The notes under the pieces: generated by a model | Database searches by the model: none | Told to the model about the DNA's origin: nothing | What the model saw: the letters and a program-made list of their open reading frames with translations, nothing else | Source: Promethearchaeota archaeon | GTDB taxonomy: Archaea; Asgardarchaeota; Lokiarchaeia; Sigyniarchaeales; SOKP01 | Assembly (NCBI GenBank): GCA_030599585.1 | Contig: JAUVNS010000008.1 | Coordinates: 175,285 to 239,284 of the forward strand | Reading direction: 5' to 3' | Length of the DNA stretch: 64,000 nt | Part shown: piece after piece, positions 49,965-59,321 of the stretch | How the letters are laid out: every line of letters starts with the position of its first letter | How positions within the stretch are numbered: the first letter of the stretch is position 1 | Translations under genes and position numbers: made by a program

Positions 49965-50675
49965 TCACAAATTCTTAGCTACACCAAAATACACGAAATA
50001 GAGTGAAACTATTGTAGGTAGCGAGAGGAGTGACCAGATTAATCTAAATGTTGGATCGTTTAATGTATTAGAGATCGAAGTACCAAAATATAAGAAAAAA
50101 TAGCTACTTATCCCTATTAAAAAATACTTTAGTTTTTTCTTTAACTCCTTATACTCAAATTTTCGATATAGTTTTATTGATAAATATAACGTGGGAAAGA
50201 TTGCGAATAGGCTACAAACAGTTAGACTATACAATAAATAAATCCAACTCCAATCAGGCTTCCAGTTAGTGCTTTCGTTAATTGTCACTCCATTTGGAAT
50301 CAACCATAGACCTACTAAAAGAACACCAAAAACAACAATTAGTATTAATTGAAGTTTGGGAGTGAAAACTTCCTCTGATTTAAGCAAGATTAAGACAAAA
50401 ACTAACAAAAAAACCAAAGGAAAACATAATAAATAGTAAGTCGTAACATGCAAAATATAAACTACTTCTTCTACAAAAATGAAGGCATAGGCGACATTTA
50501 GGATTACTGCGAACGCTACGCATACATAAAAACTGCTGAGAATAAGATTTAAACCTTTTCTTTCCCTTTTTAAAATTTTGTACGCTATAACCAAATAAAA
50601 TAGCCCTGCTAAACCTTGTACTAAAAAGATTTGAATAAATCGTGCAATATCCATAGTTTGCGCCAGAAGCATCAT
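49965..50675 (-). CDS. Stand-alone 7-TM membrane protein (paralogue B)
   Basis: Shares QG..., KIL.R.RK.LN, LILLKSE, GVTIN..TNW.P.WS, P.LY.S..Y.KFE...LK.K...F..G, YFGV with paralogue A. Confidence 0.8.
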   Translation of the reverse strand: MMLLAQTMDIARFIQIFLVQGLAGLFYLVIAYKILKRERKGLNLILSSFYVCVAFAVILNVAYAFIFVEEVVYILHVTTYYLLCFPLVFLLVFVLILLKSEEVFTPKLQLILIVVFGVLLVGLWLIPNGVTINESTNWKPDWSWIYLLYSLTVCSLFAIFPTLYLSIKLYRKFEYKELKKKLKYFLIGISSYFFLYFGTSISNTLNDPTFRLIWSLLSLPTIVSLYFVYFGVAKNL

Positions 50676-50921
50676 ATCATATCCCCAACTACTTTATAAT
50701 AGAGTGTATAAACATTTTGCCTATTATTGTCATAAATTCTGTCTCTATTTAATAATTTATTTTTTAAACGGTTGTACAATTATTTGAACGAAAATAGAAT
50801 CGTTAGAACCTAAAAAAATCTCAATTTATAATAATATAGAGTTATAGACTCAAATACAAAAAATTTTGTTTCAGAACTATCTTAAGTGGTAGGATTGACG
50901 ATTTTTTGCATTGTTTTTAAT

Positions 50922-51515
50922 TTATGGGTATTTTCCTACGAAATCTTTACTACTTATTTTCACACGCTCGAACAATTCGGGATTGATAAATTCTAGCTTT
51001 AAAGTCACATAATTTAGAACTTTAATGAAAATCTCGGTAATATCCCTTTGCGAGTTTTGAATTTTACAACAATAGTGAAATTTTAACTCTTTAGTTTTTT
51101 GAATTAAAGCAAATTCATTTATTTTTCTATATGTTGGAGGATTAGCTTGTTCAATTAAATAAGTATCGATTCCAACTAATACTGCAATCCCATTAAACAT
51201 AAATTTATCGCAAAATTCTTTATAAATCTCCAAGGATAGCCTTAAAATGTCTTGATCATTATAGAGATTTACGGCAATAATAATTGCATCGATTTTTTTA
51301 AGATGATTAATATTATCGGTAAGATCTTCGAAATTTTTAAACTGAAAAATCTTCATTTTTAGTGGTACGTTCTCGTAGATAAATTGAAACTCACTTATGG
51401 AATCTTTAGAACTAATTAATTTTGTTTTTTCTTTTAAGTACTCTAATATAATATCGATTCTTGAATCATCAGTACCGATTAAACCTAGATTTAAAGAAAA
51501 ATGGAAGTCCTTCAA
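50922..51515 (-). CDS. Ras/Rab-like small GTPase fold with degenerate G motifs (pseudo-GTPase)
   Basis: LNLGLIG (beta1), PLKMKIF (beta3), IDAIIIAVNL (beta4), AVLVG (beta5), DITEIFIKVL (alpha5); GKT, DxxG, NKxD and SAK are absent. Confidence 0.6.
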   Translation of the reverse strand: MKDFHFSLNLGLIGTDDSRIDIILEYLKEKTKLISSKDSISEFQFIYENVPLKMKIFQFKNFEDLTDNINHLKKIDAIIIAVNLYNDQDILRLSLEIYKEFCDKFMFNGIAVLVGIDTYLIEQANPPTYRKINEFALIQKTKELKFHYCCKIQNSQRDITEIFIKVLNYVTLKLEFINPELFERVKISSKDFVGKYP

Positions 51516-51610
51516 TACTTTTCAATCAAATAAAAATAATTAAAGCTCTTAATTTAATATTATAATAAAATATCATACATATAAATTATTGATTGAACTT
51601 TCATTTTAGA

Positions 51611-52537
51611 ATGCTATTTATTTACGGTTTACTAGTGTTAATGGTATTTCTCTGGAGCTTCTCCTTCGTTCTTGTGGATATAGCTGTCGAATTTATACCT
51701 CCAACATCTCTTGCCTTGACCCGATTCTTATTAGCTTCTCTCTCATTTTTAATTGTCGATCTTTATCTTTTTATACGACGAAATCAGAGAGATGAGGAAA
51801 CTTCTAAAACAATTGAGAAACGCTCATATATGAAACTAGATTGGATATATTTATTAATTGCAAGCTTTAGTGGTACATCTTTATTCTTCGCCCTCCAATA
51901 TGCAGCTATTGAGTTGATCGGGCCTTCTTTGCCTGCCTTATTCGTGTGCCTATTAGCGCCCGTATTAATTACTGTTTTAGCTGTGTTTTTTTTTAACGAG
52001 AGATTAACTAAGTTGAAAATAATGGGTTATATTATAGCTACCGTAGGAGGTTTTTTGTTAGTCACAGGAGGAGATTTACGAACCCTGACACCAGAAACAC
52101 CTAACTTTTTAGGATACTTATTTGCTCTTATAACACCCTTGTTGTGGGCTATATACACAATATCCACTAAAAAAATTTCGAAATCAAAGTCAAAAATAAC
52201 TTCTCTTAAATACATCGCGTATTTTGGAACTTTAGAGTTGTTTATTTTTGTATTCTTCAAGGGTGAATTTCTAATTTTCGCTTTAAACATACTAAATCCA
52301 TTTGTTTTAATTTCTGGGATTTATTTAGGTATCGGATGTTATGTTTTTGGTTATTTTATTTGGCAGAAATCACAAAATGAGTTAAAATCTTCAAAAGGGG
52401 CTTCATTTCTCTATATTGAGCCTTTTCTAACTCTCATCTTTTCAATTATCCTGAACCGATCTGAGACAATACTGATATGGAACATCATCGGAGGTATCAT
52501 TGTCTTGGTAGCTGTGTTAGTAATAAATTATAAGTAA
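51611..52537 (+). CDS. DMT/EamA family transporter
   Basis: About 10 TM segments in two repeats; WSFSF, PPTSLALTRF, FFNERL, WAIYTI.TKK, FLYIEP. Confidence 0.9.
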   Translation: MLFIYGLLVLMVFLWSFSFVLVDIAVEFIPPTSLALTRFLLASLSFLIVDLYLFIRRNQRDEETSKTIEKRSYMKLDWIYLLIASFSGTSLFFALQYAAIELIGPSLPALFVCLLAPVLITVLAVFFFNERLTKLKIMGYIIATVGGFLLVTGGDLRTLTPETPNFLGYLFALITPLLWAIYTISTKKISKSKSKITSLKYIAYFGTLELFIFVFFKGEFLIFALNILNPFVLISGIYLGIGCYVFGYFIWQKSQNELKSSKGASFLYIEPFLTLIFSIILNRSETILIWNIIGGIIVLVAVLVINYK

Positions 52538-52553
52538 TAAAAAATGAGCAAAT

Positions 52554-53249
52554 ATGAACAAAAGAATACTTTTTATTGGTGATAGCATCACTGAGGGAAA
52601 AATAGGAATAGGATATGTTAATATAATTCAACGCAATTTCCCTGAATTTCAGTGTCAAAATTATGGACGCGGGGGTGATACTCTATCTGGAATTTTTACG
52701 AGACTTTTTAAAATTTTGAAAACAGAAACAGAATACTATGACGTTATAGTAATTGAAGCTGGCCATAACGATCTTTTCTTACCTTATGTCAAAAGTAAGT
52801 GGAAAGTCACAAGCATTAGAAAAGTAACTCCATTAAACAAGATAGAAGACTTTTATGATAATGGATTACGAATGGTAGGTTTATATAGCAAAGCTAAGAT
52901 AATCATAACTACTTTAAGTTGCTTAGGAGAAGTCTTAAATTCTCCGATAAACCAAAAAAGAAGATTAGTAAACGATCAGATAAAGAAAGTTGGTTCTAAA
53001 CATGGAGCATATATAGCAGACGTAAGTCCATTTTTTGATAAGATTTTAAGAAAAAGCATATCTGGTTATAATCTAATGGAGCATCCTTTAAACTTAGTTT
53101 TAGATTATTTTAGATCAAAAAGAATGAATTGGGTAGAAAAAATTAGCAGGAAAAGAGGGTTGATGTTGACTATAGACGGCGGACACCTCAATAGTAAAGG
53201 TGCGATAATATATGCCAAAGAACTATCCCGAATATTAAATATGCTCTAA
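52554..53249 (+). CDS. SGNH/GDSL hydrolase
   Basis: FIGDSITEG, NYGRGGDT, AGHND, DGGHLN. Confidence 0.92.
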   Translation: MNKRILFIGDSITEGKIGIGYVNIIQRNFPEFQCQNYGRGGDTLSGIFTRLFKILKTETEYYDVIVIEAGHNDLFLPYVKSKWKVTSIRKVTPLNKIEDFYDNGLRMVGLYSKAKIIITTLSCLGEVLNSPINQKRRLVNDQIKKVGSKHGAYIADVSPFFDKILRKSISGYNLMEHPLNLVLDYFRSKRMNWVEKISRKRGLMLTIDGGHLNSKGAIIYAKELSRILNML

Positions 53250-53300
53250 CCATCAAAAAATTGATTAAAGGAAAATAGTTTGAAGATTAAAATAGAGAGA

Positions 53301-54725
53301 TTACAAATTCCTTGAAGTAATAGATTTTAATTCATTAGAAAGCGTGTCATCAATAGGTTTTAAAGAACTTTTCTCAGCGAGTTTAGTCGCCTGCTCCTTT
53401 GCTCTTTTTCGTGTAGACTTAGAGCCATTCTCTTTCCAAGCGTCTCGAGACATGCGATCTATTACCGGACTAACTATAAAAAGCTCTTTTCTAAAAAGCT
53501 TTAAAGTCGTTGGATGCGAAAGCAATTCTTCTTTTTCACTGTAGTCCTTTAAAATTTCTGAAGCGAATGGAGTACCGTGATCTTCTACTCCTCTTAGAAG
53601 TCGTTTCACCATTCCTACTACTTCGTTGTCAATTACTAATTTTTCAATGCTTTGAGTGGATTCAAAATCTAGCATGCCAGGTCCCGAAACCATATTAACA
53701 CCAGCAAGTCCCGCTAAAAGAGCTCCCATACCTCCTTCGAAACCCGCTTGAGCATCTGGAACTTTGGAATCACTGAGGCTCATGTAAGCATGAGTGGGCA
53801 TTTTCATAAATTTTCCCATTTCGACATCACCCAAGTTTATCATCATTGTCTCAATTGCGCCCATTGGAGTTGTACCTTGCTTCATATCTAATATTGCTGG
53901 TGATCCGCCCCAAATCAATGGAGCTCCTGTTTTTGCTAGCTGTCCAATTACAACGCCTGCTAAACATTCCGCAGAGTGTTGAGTTATGCACCCAATCAAA
54001 CTAATTGGAGCGCTAGCCCCTGCTAACGGCATAGAAACAAACTCAGATGGAATCATACTCTTGGCGGCATCGATAAGGGACTGAGATGTTAAGTCAGACC
54101 ACTTTAGCGGAGGACTAGGACAAGCATCGAAGATAGCTAAAGGTTTCCTTGCTAGATCATCCTCTGATAATCGACAACTTAACAATAATTCTTTCATTAT
54201 TGGAAAACTTTCTTTTCGAAATGTCCCGGTTATAACTGGTTTATAACAATTAGATAATGCGATATATAACCTATGCCAATCTTGTGCCTGGGTGGGGACA
54301 TCTTGATAAACTATAGCAGTGCTTTGAGCTTCGATATACTTTAAATGTTCTACTACTTTTGAAAAACGTACGAAATCTTTTTCGAACGCGTTTCTAATTG
54401 TCCCTGTATTCTCATCCAGAAACAATATCGCTGCTGAGCCAGGATCGTAATGAACATTATCGTTCGCTAAGGTAATATGCTCTTTACCCTCTCTATCAAA
54501 AAGTTTGATCTCACTTGGAACAGATTTGAGACATTTATCGACTAAATCAGAAGGAATGAAGTATCGAGAACCCTCGTGATTAACTCCCTCGCTGTTAAAT
54601 AATTCTTTAGCGTCATCATTTTCTAAAAATATTCCTAGATTTTCTAAAATATCTTTAGCCTCCTTGAATATCTTTACTTTATGATCTTCATCTAAAACGT
54701 TAATTCTTGGTCTTAATATTCCCAT
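53301..54725 (-). CDS. Trimethylamine methyltransferase (MttB) superfamily protein, non-pyrrolysine
   Basis: SPPLKW, MPLAGASAP.SL.G...QH.AECLAG...Q, GAPLIWG, SDSKVPDAQAG.E, G.N...G.GML, EKLVIDNE; continuous ORF with no in-frame TAG. Confidence 0.92.
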   Translation of the reverse strand: MGILRPRINVLDEDHKVKIFKEAKDILENLGIFLENDDAKELFNSEGVNHEGSRYFIPSDLVDKCLKSVPSEIKLFDREGKEHITLANDNVHYDPGSAAILFLDENTGTIRNAFEKDFVRFSKVVEHLKYIEAQSTAIVYQDVPTQAQDWHRLYIALSNCYKPVITGTFRKESFPIMKELLLSCRLSEDDLARKPLAIFDACPSPPLKWSDLTSQSLIDAAKSMIPSEFVSMPLAGASAPISLIGCITQHSAECLAGVVIGQLAKTGAPLIWGGSPAILDMKQGTTPMGAIETMMINLGDVEMGKFMKMPTHAYMSLSDSKVPDAQAGFEGGMGALLAGLAGVNMVSGPGMLDFESTQSIEKLVIDNEVVGMVKRLLRGVEDHGTPFASEILKDYSEKEELLSHPTTLKLFRKELFIVSPVIDRMSRDAWKENGSKSTRKRAKEQATKLAEKSSLKPIDDTLSNELKSITSRNL

Positions 54726-54750
54726 CCTAACATACACACTCTCATTTTAG

Positions 54751-55638
54751 TTAATTCCCTAGTGAATCTATAAGTTTTCTTATTTCTTTTATAGTATCTG
54801 GAGACGTTCCACAGCAACCTCCTACAATTTTAGCGCCCAGTTGAATCATTTCTCCAATATCATTTACAAAATCTTTAATAGGTTGATCGTAAACTGCTAT
54901 ATTATTACTGTTCATTCTTGGTTGTCCTGCGTTAGGTTTTATAGATATCGGTTTATCAGTGAGAAGCTTCAAATCTTTCATTAAATCAACCATTTCATCA
55001 CTTCCTAATGTGCAATTTGCTCCAATGACATCTACTTTTTGATCTTCCTGAAATCGGACGCATTTTTCTAATGAATCTCCCATTATCGTATAAAAACCTC
55101 TTTTCGTCTTTTTATAAGTCATAGAGCTAATGATCGGTTTTTTTGAAATGGTTTTCACCGCTTCCAAAGCTGCTTTCATCTCTTCAATATCTGACATTGT
55201 TTCTATATGCCATAAATCTACTCCATCTTCTAAGAAACCAACTTGCTTCTCAAAGCTAGAAGTCCATTGATCTGGTGATGCTTTTCCAACTGGAGGTCTA
55301 AATTCACCAGAGGGCCCTATATCAGCAACAATTAAACGATTTGGAGGGCGTGCTTTTTTTATGTTTTCTAAGCCGCCTAGGTTTATTTCTTTGATTCGAT
55401 CTTCTATTTTATAATTCTTTAGGTTTATGAAGCTCGACCCAAAAGTGTTTGATTGACACATGTCTGCCCCTGCATCATAATAGGCTTTATGGATTTCGAA
55501 AATCACATCTGGATGGTCGATATTGAGCGTATCAGGGAGTTTTCCCGGCATAATGCCGCGTTTAAAAACTTCTGACCCCATTCCTCCATCAAATAGTATA
55601 ATTTTAGAACTATCATTCAGCCAATCATGAAATAACAT
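54751..55638 (-). CDS. Homocysteine S-methyltransferase domain protein (MetH N-terminal-like, stand-alone)
   Basis: LFDGGMGS, HKAYYDAGAD...NTFG, DIGPSG, IETMSD..E, GANC, KPNAGQP, IVGGCCGTSP (Zn ligands). Confidence 0.92.
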   Translation of the reverse strand: MLFHDWLNDSSKIILFDGGMGSEVFKRGIMPGKLPDTLNIDHPDVIFEIHKAYYDAGADMCQSNTFGSSFINLKNYKIEDRIKEINLGGLENIKKARPPNRLIVADIGPSGEFRPPVGKASPDQWTSSFEKQVGFLEDGVDLWHIETMSDIEEMKAALEAVKTISKKPIISSMTYKKTKRGFYTIMGDSLEKCVRFQEDQKVDVIGANCTLGSDEMVDLMKDLKLLTDKPISIKPNAGQPRMNSNNIAVYDQPIKDFVNDIGEMIQLGAKIVGGCCGTSPDTIKEIRKLIDSLGN

Positions 55639-55668
55639 AGTAGTCCTACCTATAAATCCATTTTAATA

Positions 55669-56316
55669 TTATTTGTTTAAGAGATTTTTAACTAATTTAA
55701 CAGCTCCTACAGCACTACCAGCAAATCCGTCGGCATTACATTGTTCTGTCCACTCTTTTGTAACTGGAGCTCCACCAATTATTACTTTAAAATTATCTCG
55801 AATCCCTTTATCCTCTAAAATATCGATGATCTTTTTTTGACCGAACATTGTTGTAGTAAGCAAAGCAGAAACCCCTATTATGTCCGCATTTTTCTCTACT
55901 GCTGTTTCGATGATTTTTTCCGCTGGAACATCAGCCCCCAGATCGTAAACATCAAAACCATTAGCACTAAGCATAGTACCTACAATTGTTTTTCCAATTG
56001 AATGAATATCTCCCTCAATCGTTGCAATTACTACAACGCCTTGAGATGCAGAAGCTCCACTCTCTTTCAAACTTGGTAAAAGAATATCCATTGATTCTTG
56101 CATAATGTTTCCACCAAGCATTAATTCTGGCAAGAAAAATTCCCCTTCTTCCCAGAGATCACCAATTCTTCGGATTCCGTCACCATATCCTTTTTCGATG
56201 ACCTCTAACAAGTTCCATTTTTCAGTAATCGCCCTTTTTGCAAGTTCAATTGCTTTCTCCTCATCTAAATTCACAATTGCGTCAGAAATTTCACCATAAA
56301 ATTGTTCTTGAGCCAT
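55669..56316 (-). CDS. Corrinoid-binding methyl-carrier protein (MttC/MtbC-like)
   Basis: Cap domain GEFFLPEL, DxHxxG as EGDIHSIGK, DLGADVP, SALLTTTM, IGGAP. Confidence 0.95.
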   Translation of the reverse strand: MAQEQFYGEISDAIVNLDEEKAIELAKRAITEKWNLLEVIEKGYGDGIRRIGDLWEEGEFFLPELMLGGNIMQESMDILLPSLKESGASASQGVVVIATIEGDIHSIGKTIVGTMLSANGFDVYDLGADVPAEKIIETAVEKNADIIGVSALLTTTMFGQKKIIDILEDKGIRDNFKVIIGGAPVTKEWTEQCNADGFAGSAVGAVKLVKNLLNK

Positions 56317-56523
56317 TTCAATATCTCCTAAAAACTTTTTATATATAATTTTTACAAAGTCTTAGTTATTTAATTAAAATTTCGGATTTAAAAAGAGGTA
56401 ACTTAATTTTTACCATGGTAAAGCCGAGATTATTATTCCGTTATTAGTTGTATATTTAATCCAAAAAATTATATATTTCAACACTATATGAATTTTAAAC
56501 CGTAAAATTGAAAGTGTATTAAA

Positions 56524-57012
56524 ATGTCGAGAAGGTATTACGCAAAAGGGAAGAAGACCTATGCAAAAGACCAAAGCTTTGAGCAAGATCAACTCGGAAA
56601 AGAAAAAGAACGTTATCTCATAAGCATAGATTTAATGAGCTTAAAAACTCTTAAAGATTACGATCTTCTGGGATGGCGGGGCGAATTTTACTTCAAAGCA
56701 GACGGTCCGAAAGTCTTTAAATCGAGATTTCCAAATAAAGGAACAATAAAATTACAGAGGAATCAAAACTTTACATCTAAAGCAGACATGAACATATGGA
56801 GTCAATTTAAAACAGTTAAGGTTGGAAGAGAAGCCGTAGAAAGAATTACAATAATATTGAGAGAGCAAGACCATTTAAAGAAGGATACCACAATTGCAGA
56901 AGAAGAATATGTAATAAATCTTCCTTCCAAAACCCAGTATGTTATCTTACAGGACGATAAAGAAGAGACTAAAGCAAAACTACGAATTCAAGCTTCAAGA
57001 ACAAGATATTAA
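56524..57012 (+). CDS. Hypothetical protein, probable C2-like beta-sandwich
   Basis: ISIDLMSLK..KDYDLLG.RGEFYF and ITIILREQDHLKKDTTIA resemble C2 loops 1 and 3. Confidence 0.5.
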   Translation: MSRRYYAKGKKTYAKDQSFEQDQLGKEKERYLISIDLMSLKTLKDYDLLGWRGEFYFKADGPKVFKSRFPNKGTIKLQRNQNFTSKADMNIWSQFKTVKVGREAVERITIILREQDHLKKDTTIAEEEYVINLPSKTQYVILQDDKEETKAKLRIQASRTRY

Positions 57013-57106
57013 ATGTAATTTTTATTTTCTCCTTTTTCTTTTTTATTAATTAGGATTTATAGAAAAAAATAGAAGAAATAGTGTTAAGTTTATAGAATGT
57101 TGGTAT

Positions 57107-58501
57107 TTAAAGCCTTTTTTCTTGTGATCTATAGATTACAAATGCTCCAATAACGAAACTGATAGCTATCACAATTTGAACAATACCCCAGAACGTTCCT
57201 CCGAACAGATCGTCTAAAGCTAAAGATATAACCAAAATTGCTATTTCAAAAACAGCAAGGTAGTTTAGAATTGCTAAAAATTTGTTTTCTATTGCTGACG
57301 ATTTAGTATTCAACGTGTTTCTTTGTCTGTTAAGAGTTTTTCTAATTCTTCCGATTACATCGTCGGTTTGTTTTGAAAACTTAAATCCATCCAATTTTTC
57401 AATCATTTCGTTAAACATGCTAGTTTTAAAGGTACTGGTAAACAGTAACCGCGTAATTTTAGAGATAATTATATCCTTATTTAATTCGAGAATTATTCTA
57501 TTGAGTTCTGTTTCTAATTTTTCTAACCTATCTATCTTGTCCATTAAAGTTAAGTTTTCTTCAATCGCTCGCGTCTCTGAAATAACTGTATCAAATTTTT
57601 CTGCTACAATTAGAATATTTTCCATGTGCATTAGAATGAGAAATCTTTGAACGTTCCCTACCTCGGGACCATAAAGTGTATCAATTAATAAATTTTTCAT
57701 TGAATTTGGGTCTAAAAGCCCCGGCCCCGGAATAATTACATTACCCGCGTGAGTTATCATTACAAATTCGTCTGTGTAAGGACATAAATTTTTAAGATTA
57801 ATTTGATCTCTATACGCAACAGGATCTAATTCTCTGTACTTATCCGTTCTTAATGTTAATCCTATTGAATATCGTGCGTTTTTTCCGATCTGGTTTCCAA
57901 TAAAACGATAATCTGCTCTTTTAAAATCTGGTTTTGCGTCCCAAATAAGCCAAGTATGATGCCATGGTTCTAAAGCTGATTCTAATTTTGCCTTTTCCGG
58001 ATAATTCGCTTTTTTCAATAATGCTATAACATTCTCTCTTATTTCTATAAATTTTTCAGTTATTGGTCTTCCGGTGCTTTCCAATATCATGTTTGAAGGC
58101 TGAGATATTTGTATAAAATCTTCAATCGTATGGTAGTTCTCAAAAACTAATTCGCAGTGAATAACTAAAACTGAACCGTAATGGATGTGCCCTTCTAATC
58201 TAATTTTTCCAACTATATTTGGAGCGGTAGCGCAAGAAAATCTATCTGATCTACCAATTTTAAAACAAACAGGAGCATAATTCTTAGATTGACTTGAAGT
58301 CCACTTTAATGGTTGATTGCAACTTTTTTCTTGCCCTGGAACAGCGACTTTCCATCTATAATCTTTGTATAACTTTAGCGAACCTTCTTGATCTAAAAAT
58401 CTCCTCACTTCTGGCAGCTCGAAATAGAGTCCTAGCTCATAAAATTTCCAAAATACTAAAGTAACCTTAAATGTATATTCTTCCTCAGTTGAGATTGTCA
58501 T
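57107..58501 (-). CDS. Hypothetical protein: large soluble domain, long helices, two C-terminal TMs (CorA/RMD1-like topology)
   Basis: Coiled region (DRLEKLETELNRIILEL) followed by two terminal hydrophobic helices; no GMN motif. Confidence 0.6.
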   Translation of the reverse strand: MTISTEEEYTFKVTLVFWKFYELGLYFELPEVRRFLDQEGSLKLYKDYRWKVAVPGQEKSCNQPLKWTSSQSKNYAPVCFKIGRSDRFSCATAPNIVGKIRLEGHIHYGSVLVIHCELVFENYHTIEDFIQISQPSNMILESTGRPITEKFIEIRENVIALLKKANYPEKAKLESALEPWHHTWLIWDAKPDFKRADYRFIGNQIGKNARYSIGLTLRTDKYRELDPVAYRDQINLKNLCPYTDEFVMITHAGNVIIPGPGLLDPNSMKNLLIDTLYGPEVGNVQRFLILMHMENILIVAEKFDTVISETRAIEENLTLMDKIDRLEKLETELNRIILELNKDIIISKITRLLFTSTFKTSMFNEMIEKLDGFKFSKQTDDVIGRIRKTLNRQRNTLNTKSSAIENKFLAILNYLAVFEIAILVISLALDDLFGGTFWGIVQIVIAISFVIGAFVIYRSQEKRL

Positions 58502-58628
58502 AATTTTTCTATGAAAAGTTTTATCTTATTCTAATTATATTAGAAATTTAAAATATTCTTTTTATTAGATTAGTATAGATTTACCTTTTAATCTATTAAA
58601 CATTTAGGTAGCCTAAGGTGAGCTTAAA

Positions 58629-59264
58629 ATGGGAGATAAAAAACTTGACTTACAGAAAACCAACATTATAGTTCAAATAGCAAATATTAACGATGTTTCA
58701 GGTATTCACAACGCACTTAAGCAAAATCTTATTGAAATTCGCGATTTTAATAAAATTACTAAAGAACAAAGAGTAGTATTGGAAGAAAAAGGCTTTTTGA
58801 GAAAGGAAGTAGATAAGAATTACTATAGTAACCTTATCAAAAATCCTCATATCGATATCTATGTAGCAAAAACAGAGAATGGGGATATTATCGGCTTTGC
58901 GAGTATCCATAAAAACATAGGTGATGTCCGGAAAGTACGCGATGTATTAGGAAACTTAGATGCCAAGAATGAAAAGGCACGAGAATTACTCCTCGATGAT
59001 GTTAAAGAATTTGCTTATTTAGATCAAATCAGCATCTTACCAGAATATCAACGTAAAGGAATTGGAACCATTATTTTTAATAAGGCTCTATCAGAATTAA
59101 AAACACCAATCGTTGCTTTTATCGTAGAAGTACCCTTAAAAAATAAAGCGTCCATTTATTGGCACGAACGTAATGGATTTATACTCGAAGCCATCAGTGA
59201 TGGGGAATATAAGGGAAAAACATTTAAATTTCTGATTTATATAAATTGGAATAAGGTAACTTGA
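58629..59264 (+). CDS. GNAT-family N-acetyltransferase
   Basis: IIGFA, YLDQISILPEYQRKGIGT, NKASIYWHERNGF. Confidence 0.9.
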   Translation: MGDKKLDLQKTNIIVQIANINDVSGIHNALKQNLIEIRDFNKITKEQRVVLEEKGFLRKEVDKNYYSNLIKNPHIDIYVAKTENGDIIGFASIHKNIGDVRKVRDVLGNLDAKNEKARELLLDDVKEFAYLDQISILPEYQRKGIGTIIFNKALSELKTPIVAFIVEVPLKNKASIYWHERNGFILEAISDGEYKGKTFKFLIYINWNKVT

Positions 59265-59321
59265 AAGTTACGAGACCTTATTGAATTTAGGTTACCCTAA
59301 ATGCTAACCTGTTGATTAATT

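Noticed and set aside
49095-50675. Rhodopsins (schizorhodopsin/heliorhodopsin)
   Set aside because: TM7 lacks the retinal-binding Lys motif (DxxxK/SxxxK) and TM3 lacks the RYxxW-like motif.
53301-54737. Pyrrolysine-containing trimethylamine methyltransferase
   Set aside because: No in-frame TAG; Leu occupies the equivalent position.
59250-59310. Integron attC site after the GNAT gene
   Set aside because: No proper RYYYAAC...GTTRRRY pair with the expected spacing and no integrase in the window.
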